Assembly (NCBI GenBank): GCA_050613775.1
Contig: JBODTK010000101.1
Location: 1 to 64,000, forward strand
Reading direction: 5' to 3'
Origin: Neocallimastix sp. 'constans'
Taxonomy: Eukaryota
DNA: 64,000 nucleotides
Shown in pieces: positions 1 through 12,446 of the stretch. The number at the start of each line of letters is the position of its first letter. Position 1 is the stretch's first letter. Position numbers and translations under genes: made by a program. Below the pieces are notes generated by a model that worked only from the letters and a program-made list of their open reading frames with translations, searched no databases and was not told the origin of the DNA.

Positions 1-290
1 TACTTTATATTTATATTTCGACTTTTTATTTTATTTTATTCAATCTGTACTTTATATTTATATTTCAACTTTTTATTTTATTTTATTTTTTTTATTCAAT
101 CTGTACTTTATATTTATATTTCGACTTTTTATTTTATTTTATTCAATCTGTACTTTATATTTATATTTCGACTTTTTATTTTATTTTATTCAATCTGTAC
201 TTTATATTTATATTTCGACTTTTTATTTTATTTTATTCAATCTGTACTTTATATTTATATTTCGACTTTTTATTTTATTGTATTTTATTT
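1..290. repeat. 47-bp tandem minisatellite, about 6 copies, running off the left edge
   Basis: Unit TACTTTATATTTATATTTCGACTTTTTATTTTATTTTATTCAATCTG starts at 1, 48, 104, 151, 198 and 245. Confidence 0.9.
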
Positions 291-320
291 TATATACTTG
301 TACTTATATTATCCCATTCT

Positions 321-381
<61 letters not shown>

Positions 382-488
382 AAAATAATTGAAAAACTAA
401 TTTTTCACAATTAATATTAAGAATAATATTGGATAATTAATATAATAATTTTAATAGTATAATTAAAAATATTTATAAAAATATAGAA

Positions 489-1967
489 ATGAAAGAAAAT
501 CTAATTATTGATTTAAGTGAGTCTAACAAATTCTAAAAGTTTATAAATGTACCGAATATAAAAAAAAATAAATGTAAATCTTTTATTATTTTAAATGATA
601 AGAAAGAAATCTTAAAATATAACAGCTTATTCTGAAAAAGAATACGATGTATTTCTATCTATAATGAAACATAAAATTAAGATGGAATTGAAAAAAGCTC
701 AATTCCTTTTGGTATAAAAATAAAACCCCTATATAATAAAATTTCTAAAGAAATGGGACTTATATGTCCAGAATATAATTCAATTATATAATTCAATAAT
801 ATTATAATTGAACCAAAAAAATTTGCATTGTGATTTTGAAAGGGACATATCTAAAGCAGCAAAAACAATATTTCCTAATACAAATATTAAATATTGCATT
901 TGGCATGATAAAAAATCACTAGTAATTAAAAAAAAATAAATAAATTATGCTATAATAAAGTAAAAAATGATAATAATATATTTATTTATTATAAAGCTAT
1001 TTCAAATTTACCATTTATAAATCCTGAATACATATTTGATATTTATGTTATAATTAAAATTAAATCCATTAAAAATAATTATAGTCAATTTTTAAAATAT
1101 TTAGAATATTTTTATAAAACATATTTAGTTGGTTATGATATGAAAATTTGGAATTATTATAATAATATGGAACATATAACAAACAATGCCTCAGAATCAC
1201 TCAATAACTATTTAAATCATTTATTTCCAACAAAACCATCTTTATATGAATTAATAGTTAAATTTAATGAACTTGAACATTTATCATATTATGATTATCA
1301 AAGAAAAATAAGAAGAATTTGGAAAATAAAAAAAAAAAAATTAATAAATAAAGCTAATGAAATCAGTGTCTTAATTGAACGCTACAAAAATATTGAAGCC
1401 AAGTTAATTGATGCTAAATGTGATAGAAATAATATTATTAATTTGTGGTTTGATTGTTTAACTGATTTAAATAATATAATATAAATATTACTTTATAATA
1501 AATAATTAAGAAATGAGGAATAACCAAAAGAAATAATCAGAATTCTGTCATTCAAAAATTTAATTTATAAAGCTTATTAAATTTATACAGTTTAAATCAA
1601 TATTCAAATACGTCTGAATAATTAATAATTTTATCATTATAATTATTATTTTTTTTAAATCAATATTCAAATACGTCTGAATAATTAATAATTTTATCAT
1701 TATAATTATTATTTTTTTTTAATAACATTTACATTTTTAATAACATTTAACATTTATATTTTTATATAATACTTTTATTAATAACATTTAAATAATTAAA
1801 ATCATAAAATCTAACTATTATATGATTTATTTAATTATTCACTTAATAATTAATTTAAAAATTGAAATAACAAAATAATACAATAAAATAATATTATGTA
1901 GCATATTATAGCTATAGCTACAAATTTATATATATCACCGTGAAAATTGGCGTAATGCAACCTCCCC
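489..1967 (+). mobile_element. Degenerate Mutator-like (MULE) transposon: broken transposase and right terminal repeat
   Basis: Fragments HCDF*..FPNTNIKYCIWH, ISNLPFINPEY and ORF 1140-1484 (WNYY..ITNNASES) match MULE DDE motifs; 1942-1967 GAAAATTGGCGTAATGCAACCTCCCC resembles the right end of the element at 24704-27543. Confidence 0.8.
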
Positions 1968-2179
1968 AAAATAACGTGATATAAAATAGATTTATATAAT
2001 ATCATAAATTCTATAAATTACATAAAATTAGTGTAATTTAAATATATAAATAATTTATATAGTTTTATTTTATTCTAATTATTTTATTTTATAATATTTT
2101 TATTATATTTTTATATGTTATAATTATTATAAATGGGAGTTGTAATTCTCCAAGTTGCATTTCGCCAAGTTGAAAATTA

Positions 2180-2211
<32 letters not shown>

Positions 2212-3302
2212 AATTAAATATTGAATAAAAACAATTTTAAAGAAAATTATTCTGAATTAATATTTATTTATTCATTTATTTATATCAATACTCCACTTGT
2301 CAAAATAATAATAATAATAATAATGTTATTTGCCATAAATATAATTTTTATAATATTAATGATATGAACTTTAAAAATTTTGTATTTAATTAAATAAATT
2401 TAAATTAAAAAATAAATAAATGAATTAATAAATAAATTATATTAATAAATAAAACTTCGCCTAATAAGAGATAACCGAACCTGAGGTGTTTATCAAAAAA
2501 TATTTATAATTTGTTATTTATTATTTAAAAATGTTCTTTCATGATATTATTTTATTTTTTAATGCTTCAAAATTAAATATTTATTTAATTATTTATTATT
2601 AATATTCACTCATTTATTATTTATTTAATTATTTATTATAAATATTTATTTATTATGTATTTATTATTTATTATTAATATTCATTTATTATTTATTTATT
2701 ATGTATTTATTACTTATTATTCATATTTATTTATTATTTATTATTTATTTAATTATTATTTATTATTTATTTATTTATTATTTATTTATTTATTATTTAT
2801 TTATTTATTTATTATTTATTTATTTATTATTTATTATTTATTATTTATTTATTTAAAATATATATGAAGTGGAGTTAAATTACAATATTTACAAGCCATC
2901 TTCTGAAATTTAACCATCCATACTCAATTATTTTAAAGTTATTTAATTGATTTTTTAATAAAAAATAGACTTTAATTCAAGAATTTAATTATTAGTATCT
3001 TTTTTTTCTTTTTTCTTTTTTTATCTTTTTGTTTTTGTGTTTAGTTAATAATATATTCTTGAATTAAAGATAAAGAAATAAAAAATTAAAAAAAATAAAA
3101 AATAAAGGACATTAATCATAATATTTGCTATTTTAAGAAAGTATTATTTTTGGATATTATCGATTGTTAATTATGTACTATTAGCCACACATTATTAATC
3201 TTTATATAAAACTAGAAAGAACAATTTATTAATAAATAATTACAAAATAATAAATAATATTTATTCGCTTCATATAATTTAAATTGAATAATAATATAAT
3301 CT

Positions 3303-3674
3303 TAAAAAATTAATAAACAAATTATTTCAAATATAATCTTAATTAATATGTTAATATAGATTGAGAGGTTTATTTTTTATATATGACAAAATAGTATTTA
3401 TTTAAATTATATGAGAGTATAGTATTATTTAATATATATTATATAATGTATATAAAATTATATTTAAGATTATATTATTCAATTTAAATTCTTTAAATCA
3501 AATATAATATAACAATTATAAAATTATAGATTATATAATATATATTAAATAATACTATACTCTCATATAATTTAAATAAATACAATTTTGTCATATATAA
3601 AAAATAAACCTCTCAATCTATATTAACATATTAATTAAGATTATATTTGAAATAATTTGTTTATTAATTTTTTA
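3303..3674. repeat. Long inverted repeat (about 145-bp arms, about 80-bp spacer)
   Basis: 3303-~3448 is the near-perfect reverse complement of ~3530-3674 (e.g. GATTGAGAGGTTTATT / AATAAACCTCTCAATC). Confidence 0.9.
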
Positions 3675-4108
3675 CGGTACTTAATTATTAATAGATATGA
3701 ACATATTAATTAATTTAAATTATTAACCAATTAGAAAAAGGTTTTTATATATATATGTACTTTTTTTTTTTTTTAAAAAAAATTTCTTTTTTTAATCTTT
3801 TTAAAAATATGTTTTTTTCTTTTTCTAATTAAATAAATATTTTTTTTTCTTTTTCTAATTGAATATAAATATTAAATTTATATAGAAATTATATATGTAA
3901 AGTGATTTTTTTTTTTTTTTTTTTTTTTTTAAAGGATATATTTAATACAAATAATAATTAAAAAAAAAAAAAATAAGCTTTAGTAAGTAAATGAATACTA
4001 TTAAAATAAAATTATAGATATTTGTTTAAATATTCAAATAATATTATGTTAATTATAATATTTTTTAGAAAGTATTAATTTAAATTATAAAAAATTAAGC
4101 TTTAATTA

Positions 4109-4147
<39 letters not shown>

Positions 4148-4340
4148 AAAATATTAATATAAGAATATTTGTATTATTGTTCAAAAAAAAAAAAAAAATA
4201 AATAAATAAATAAAGTTATTTTAATAATAATATTAGAAAAAAAATAATGTTTGAAAATTATTAATTTAATAATAAAAATAAAAAATAGAAAAGAAGCAAT
4301 ATAATAAAATAAATAAAATTGAAATTCAGTTATACTTAGG

Positions 4341-4637
4341 TAATGTTTGGAAAAATTTTTAAAAAATAAATAAATCCATTTTTAATTTATAATGTTTAAA
4401 GTATTAATTGAATGATATTTAAAATTATAAAAGTAATAATAATGTTTGTAGTATAAAATGAACAATATTTAAAGTCAAAATAGTAATAATGTTTGGAAAA
4501 ATTTTTAAAAAATAAATAAATCCATTTTTAATTTATAATGTTTAAAGTATTAATTGAATGATATTTAAAATAATAAAAGTAATAATAATGTTTGTAGTAT
4601 AAAATGAACAATATTTAAAGTCAAAATAGTAATAATG
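4341..4637. repeat. Tandem duplication of about 147 bp upstream of the transporter
   Basis: TAATGTTTGGAAAAATTTTT...AAGTCAAAATAGTAA occurs twice, almost identically. Confidence 0.9.
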
Positions 4638-4910
4638 ATAGCAAATTCAACAAATTATAAATTAAAATGCTAATCCTTAAATTAATATATTATTACATTA
4701 TATGTTGATAAAATATTTATAATTATTATTTATTTAATTTTAATTCTTAAATAATTTCCTTATTACATTATATATTAATAAAAATTAATAATATATTTAT
4801 AATTAATATTTATTAATGTTTTTCTTAATTGTATTATAATATTTGACATATTAGTAAAAAACATTAATATAAATAATATTAATTTACAAAAGTATAGAAT
4901 TCAAAAAAAA

Positions 4911-6308
4911 ATGTCTTGTAAGTATTTCAAGAATGATATAATATAATTTGAATAATATAATTTAAATAATAATGTAATAGATTTTAAATAACTAATTCTT
5001 TTTTTTATCTCCTTTTGTTAATAAATTGATATATGTATATTTTAAATTAAAGCAATAAATATAAAATACATTAGCTTAGTAATACTTGTTATACATAATA
5101 GTCTATCGCTATTTGTTATGCGATATTCTAAAACATTTCCTGATAAATATCTTTCATCAACCGCGGTTGTATGTTCAGAGCTATGTAAACTAATAATATC
5201 TATGTTTATTCATATAATCTATCGATGTAAACAACTTGGTTCAATAAAAAAATATAATTGTCGAATGCTTATCGATGAATTATTTGGTAAAGAATCAGAT
5301 TGTATAAAAATTATGGTACCCGCAGTTCTTTACCTTATTCAAAATAATTTATTATATTTTTCAGCGAGTAAATTAGATGCAGCAACACTTCAAATTACAT
5401 CACAAATGAAATTAGTTGTTGTTGCTATCTTTTCAGTTTTAATTTTAAAACGTCAATTACATAAACGTCAATGGTTTTCTATTTTTTTATTAGCTGTTGG
5501 TATAGCTCTTGTACAATTTCCAACTGGGGATAATACAACTAATATTGCAGGTAAAAATGCAATGGTAGATAAGACCATAGGTTTTTGTTCTGTATTAACT
5601 ACTTGTTTAACCTCAGGTTTTGCAGGGGTTTATTTTGAAAAAATATTAAAGAAAAGTAAGGTCACTCTCTGGGCCAGAAATGTTCAACTTTCTCTTTTCT
5701 CTGTTATTCCAGGATATTTCATTGGTTGTTTAATTATGGACGGAAGTACTATAAAAGAAAAGGGTTTTTTCGGAGGATATAATCGCTGGACACTTTTTAG
5801 TATTTTCTGTCAATCAGTAGGTGGAATTATAATTGCAATAGTAGTAAAATATGCTGATAATATTTTAAAAGGTTTCGCCAATTCATTATCAATTGTTTTA
5901 TCTTGTATCATTTCGTACTTTTTATTTGATTTTAATATCACCCTACTATTTATTATTGGTTGTGGTTTAGTTTTATTATCTTCTTATCTTTATGGTAAAA
6001 AGAAGATTACAATTATTAATAAATATAAAATATTACTATATAATATATTATATATAAAATATACTATACCTATAAATATAATTTCTAATATAATATATAA
6101 AAAATAAAAAATTATAAAAATAATTTTTTATTTAATTTATACACATAATTTTTTTTTTTTATTTAAATTTAAAATAGGTAAAAATACTGAAAATAAATCA
6201 AAAATAATTGATAAAGAATATAAAGAATTTATTAATCTAGAAGAAAGATTGGATAATATGGAAGAAATTAAAAAAATTCTGGAGGATGATGATGAAGAAT
6301 TTTTTTAA
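4911..6308 (+). CDS. Nucleotide-sugar transporter (SLC35A / UDP-galactose transporter-like), 3 exons: 4911-4917, 5053-5994, 6178-6308
   Basis: Motifs KYISLVILVIHN, STAVVCSELCK, VPAVLYLIQNNL, SGFAGVYFEKILK, VVKYADNILKGFA; GT-AG introns join in frame. Confidence 0.9.
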
Positions 6309-6514
6309 AGAAAGTTATTGAATATCAATTGACTTTAAAAGGAAAAGCATTGATATAAACAATCTTAGTATAAATTTTGAAATAGTAGTAGAACAAAAAA
6401 TGAAAGGGATAGGTTTTATTATAATATTTTTTTTTATTTAAAAAAAAAAAAAAAAAGAATTTTATTTATAGACAAATTTAATTTATTAAATTATTTTATT
6501 TAAATATAGATAAT

Positions 6515-6549
<35 letters not shown>

Positions 6550-7209
6550 TAGAGAATAAATTAGTTTAATAATATTCAATATATAAAAAAATTTTCTTTT
6601 TTAATTTTTTTTTTTTTTTTTTTTTTGAAATATTATATTTTTGTTGTCTATTTATTTATTGTTGATAAAATATAAGTTAATAAATTAATTTATTAATATA
6701 TCAAAGACAATATATATATTTATGTATATATTTTTTAAGAAAAAAAAAAAAAGAAATGTATTTTATATTTATTACATACTTTTTGATAATTATTTTAATT
6801 CACAAATAATAATAATAATAATGAAGTAAATACAAAACATAGAAAAAAAAAAAATTAAAATAAATGCAAATTATAGAAAAAATTAGAAAAAAGTAAATTC
6901 ACGAATAATAATAATAATAATAAGATAAATATATTGTTGATAACTATTTTAATTCATAAATAATAATAATAATAGTAATAAAGTAAATACCAAGTATAGA
7001 AAAAAAAAAAATTAAAATAATTGAATAGTATAGAAAAAGAAAAAAGAAATAAATAAATAAATAGGAAGTATAGAAAGAAAGAAAAAGAAAGAAAGAAAAA
7101 GAAAAATAAATAAATAAATAAATACACAAATAATAATAATAATAAAATAAATACAAACATAGAAAAAAAATAAAAATAAATGAAAAGTATATAAAAAAAA
7201 TAAAAATAA

Positions 7210-7242
<33 letters not shown>

Positions 7243-7832
7243 TAAAATAATTAAAAATATAGAAAAAAAAATAATAAATATAAAGCATTAAAAATTAATA
7301 AAAATAATAATAAAAATAATAATAAATTAAGATATTAAATAAATAAATAATAATTAATAATACTAAAATTTAAATGTTAAAGTATTATTAATAATAATGA
7401 ATTAAAATTAAAAAAATTTTTTTTTAATCAAAATTATTCTTATAGAATATTTTATATTTTTATTGATGAGTTCACTTTACACTTTATTAATAAAAAAATA
7501 AAATAAGATTATAAAAAAAAAAAAAAGTAAATAATATCAATAAATTAATAAAATAATAAGAATAATAAGAAAGATAAATAAATAAATAAATTAATGAAAA
7601 AAAAAAAATTTTTTTTTTTTTTTTAATCAAAATTATTCTTATAGAATATTTTATTTTTTTTTATTGATGAATTCACTTTATATTTCATTAATGAAAAAAA
7701 AAAAAATTATTTTTTTCATTAATAAAATTATTCTTATAGAATATTTTATATTTTTGTTGATGAGTTTACTTTACACTTTATTAATAAAAAAATAAAATAA
7801 GATTATAAAAAAAAAAATAAATAAATAAAAAA

Positions 7833-7869
<37 letters not shown>

Positions 7870-8346
7870 AATATCAATAAATTAATAAAATAATAATAAT
7901 AAAAATAAATAAATAAATAAAAATGGTTAATGACTAAATTTAAATAAAAAAAAAATTTATTAAATAATTATTAATTGAAATTTTAATAAAATATTAAATA
8001 ATTATTAATTGAAATTTTAATAAAAATAAAACTTTTCAAAATATCATAAATATCAACAACAAGAATAAAAGAGGATAATGATCCTCTTTTATTCCTGTTG
8101 TTGATATTTATAAAAAGTTAATCATAATTAATTGAATCCTAATCATAAAAGTGATATAGTAAAAAAAAAAAAAAAAAAATTAAGAATTTGTCCTTAAAAT
8201 TATAATAAAGTTTAATTATTATTTATTATTTATTATTAATATCACACCAAAATTATGTTGTAAAAGATTCTAATACAGTTCTTATTAATTTCTAATTTTT
8301 TCATTCATTGAAGTTTTTTTTTTTTTTTTAACTTTAAATGGCATCA

Positions 8347-8378
<32 letters not shown>

Positions 8379-9168
8379 CGCAATTAGTTTTTTAAAATTT
8401 AAAAAGGTTTATTTATCTCCAATGGCCTTTAAATAATATTCTATAACATTGGAAGGTTCATAACCAAAAACATTCCAACAATGGTTGAGTTTTTTTTTTT
8501 TATTTATTTATTTATTTATTTATTGTTTTTTTTTTTTTTTTATTTTTTGCTTTTTGTTTTTTGCTTTTTTTTTTATATTTTTTTTTATATTAGCTATGAA
8601 TAGTGGAGATATTAACGGAACTGAAAATGAAATTTTTTTTTTTATAGCCACCGCAATTATTGCGAATTTTAATCTTTATATTTATTTATTCTCATATAAA
8701 AAAAATATATATATATGAATGCTTTTAATTTTAATAAAAAAAATAAAAATAGCATCATAAAATTAATAAAATTAAATAAATATTATTTATCCAATTTGAA
8801 CATAATAATAAATGAAAAAAAAAAAAAAAAAAAGTAACGTGAAATAAAAATGTTAAGAAGAATCAAAAAATAAAGTGTATAAATAAAATAAAATTCAGAA
8901 AAAAAGTTCATTATGCAACGAAACCTCACCTCCTTATGGATTAGGGTTTGAATTGACTATCGGAAAGAAATGATGGTCTTCTCCTCCTTCAGAGGCATTG
9001 GCCCTGCTAACCTGTCTTACTACATTTTCTGAAAATGAAAAAGAAACAGAAAAAAAAAAAAAAAATAAGAACTATGTAAAGTAGAAAAAAAAAATTTTTT
9101 TTTTTTTTTTTATTGGTTTAAAAATTTAAAATAAAAAAATAAATAAAAAAATTTAAAAAAAAATTTAA

Positions 9169-9201
<33 letters not shown>

Positions 9202-9439
9202 GAGAGAGAGGGTGGAAGTTAACCTATAATTCATTTTCGTATTTATTACAGAAATATTGAGAATTTAATTCAGATGGTTTATTGAATGATATTCCATAAT
9301 AATTATAATTTATCTTCAATACAGTAATATTGAGAATTTATATAGAAACAAAAACATATTTAAAAAAAAAAAAAAAAAAAAATTCTGTTATTTTAAGAAT
9401 GAACTTGAATTTAAGGGTATTATTAAGAATAAATTAAGT

Positions 9440-9477
<38 letters not shown>

Positions 9478-9538
9478 AAGAAAATCACATTTGGAATTAG
9501 AAATAATTCAAATGTGATTTTTCTCTTTTTATTTTATT

Positions 9539-9616
<78 letters not shown>

Positions 9617-9656
9617 TAGAAAATACCACTTATATAAAAAATAACAATAATTAATA

Positions 9657-9696
<40 letters not shown>

Positions 9697-9894
9697 ATAC
9701 TAATAAAATCTTTGTTTATTTGATTTAATGATGTATATATAAAATTATTTCTTCTATTTAAATAAAATAGTGAATTTTAAACAAAAAAGTAATAAATTTT
9801 GATTATTTGATAATATATATATATTATTGATATATATAATAATAGAGTCAATTTTTATTTTATTTTATTTTATTATTTTATTATTTTTTTATTA

Positions 9895-9932
<38 letters not shown>

Positions 9933-10035
9933 CATTATAAAACATTATCAAAGGTCATAATATATATATTTTTTTATAATTTTATTTTATTATTTTTTTT
10001 TTCTTTTTATTTTTTATTTTTTTTTAATTATTATA

Positions 10036-12238
10036 TTACTTTATTAAAAAGTTTGGAACCTTTCCTGGATCAAGAATTCCATCCTTTTGAGTGTTAACAG
10101 TTTCCCAATCATAACCAAGAATACCTTCAGTATCACCAGAATTTGGATTTAAGCACCAGAAAGTCCAGTGAACGGTATTTTTATTCATGTAAGAAATTAA
10201 ATTTTGTAACCATTTAACATCAGTTTTATCTCTTAAAAGTGAACCAAATTCACCAATAAGAACAGGAGCTATATCTTCTTTCACAATGTAACCCCATTTA
10301 TCATCCCAAATTTCAGGCATGTTATCTGGGAAAGAAGAAACTTTGAACCAATCTTGCATGTGAACATTCTTATCATAATCGTGAGCAGAATAAACAAGCT
10401 TGTTTGGTTTCTTTAATCTGACAGGATTTTCTTTAACACCCTTCAACATACCACCCCACCAGTAGCCTTCACCTTTTTGCCAACCTTCTTCACCATAATG
10501 ATCATTACCTTCTACAATAATAAGCCAATCAGGGTTAACTTCATGAATAGCATTACCACATCTTTCAGCAGCAAGTCTCCAATCACGTTGAGTTTCACCA
10601 CAACCCCAACAGGCAGTACCATGTGGTTCATTGTGAAGATCAGCACCAATAACAGTTGGATTACCCTTGTAACGTTTGGCTAGGAATTGCCAGTCTTCAA
10701 TCCATTTCTTTTCATCAACCTTAGAAATATACCATAATTCACTTTGACCACCAGAAAGTGGTCTGTGACGATCAAGATAAACTTTTAAACCAGCCTTACC
10801 ACAGGCATCAATAACAGCGTCCATAACTTCTAATGGGGTAAGATCAACAAGATCAGGATTTTCCATAGCATTAATAGATTCAGTTTTAGCACCTGGGAAG
10901 AGCATCTCATTAGTCCATGGATAACGAATATGGTTGTAACCATGATCCTTTATTACTTTAATGAAATGGTCTAATGGCTTAGCCCATAATCCATGGGGAG
11001 AAAGATTAGTAGTTTCACCTCCAAACCATGAGATACCAGCTAATCTAACCTTACGACCCTTTTCGTCAACAATGTGTCTACCTTTAGTTGAAAGATAACC
11101 AGGTAAAACTTGATCATTTCCTGGAGACCAACCATATTTAGTTTGAGTAGAATGATTATCACCAGTTGGTTTGCTACTTGTTCCTGAACTAGTAGTTGTT
11201 TTAACTTTAGTTGTAGTTTGTTTGTCCTTAGTTGTAGTTTGTTTGCCCTTAGTTGTAGTTGTAGTTTTTGCTTTACAATTAGATTCGATAATACCACACC
11301 ATTCCATATTTTCAACACCCCATCTTTTATCACCATCAATATAGATAGCTTCGCAACCTTTACAGCATCTGAAACCTTCAGCTTCTGCCCAGCACTATTA
11401 TATAATTATAAAGTATATTAATATTAAAACATTTATTTAAGTTATTATTAATGTTATTAATAGTAAACATTAATTATCAGATTTTATTATTTTTATTAGT
11501 AACTATTAATGTAATTTAACTATTATTTATATAACTATCCTTATCAATTATTTTTCTACTTACAGAGCCATTAGATGGAGTTGTATCAATAATACCACAC
11601 CATTCTTCATTTTCAATACCCCATTTACCTTTGCTATCAGTAATTGATACTGGGGTACCAGGACTACAACAATTATAACCTTCAGCTAAAGCCCAACACT
11701 TAAAAAATAAATTTCAAATGATAACGTTTTAATTTATATATATATATATATTTTTTTTGAAATAAATATATATATATAAAAGTTTACATAACATAAAATA
11801 ATTAGTAAATGTACAAATTAAATTTTACTTTTCTTGAATAAAAGTAATTAATATTATATATATTTACATCTTTAGAATCACTATAATAAAATAATTTATT
11901 TTAATATTTAAAATTTTATTTATATTAAATATTAATAATATTAATAAAGATTATTAATATATTATATTATATTATTTTTTTTTTAAAGATATTTTATCAA
12001 TATTTTATTTATTAAAAATATTAAAAAAAAAAAAAAAAAGGAATAAGTTTGCTTACCAGGAAGAGTCAATACCACACCATTGACCATTTTCAATACCCCA
12101 TTTACCAGTTTCATCTTCATAAGAAACAGAACAACCACTACAACAATTATAACCATCTTTTAAAGCATGTGTACAACTACTTAACGCCTTTCCAAAGAAA
12201 GACAACATCATAACAGAAATAATTTCTCTGTAAATCAT
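10036..12238 (-). CDS. Cellulosomal GH5 glycoside hydrolase (endoglucanase E1-like): signal peptide, 3 fungal dockerins, Thr/Lys-rich linker, GH5 domain; exons 12238-12057, 11880-11868, 11698-11564, 11394-10036
   Basis: Three GYxCC..WG[IV]EN..WCG dockerin motifs; catalytic motifs DLHNEPH, VYSAHDY, IGEFG, WTFWCLNPNSGDTEG; all four exons splice in frame. Confidence 0.93.
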
Positions 12239-12412
12239 TTTCAATGTTATATAACTTTTTATATTATTCAGAATATGAGTAATTTAAATAAATTTATATA
12301 AAATTGAAACAAATTAATATTATATATTTATCTTTATTTTTTAATTCAAAACAATTTTATTGTTTATAATTAAAATAATTTATTTAATAATAAATTGTAA
12401 AAAAAGTTTTAA

Positions 12413-12446
<34 letters not shown>

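Noticed and set aside
2655..8718. F/Y/I/L-rich short ORFs (2655, 6944, 6954, 8485; similarly 15364, 30478, 46458, 54357, 59568)
   Set aside because: Low-complexity T-rich sequence with no domain signal
10477..11421. Antisense or out-of-frame ORFs over the GH5 gene (likewise over the AKR, HMG, pol and GT2 genes)
   Set aside because: Shadow frames of real coding sequence
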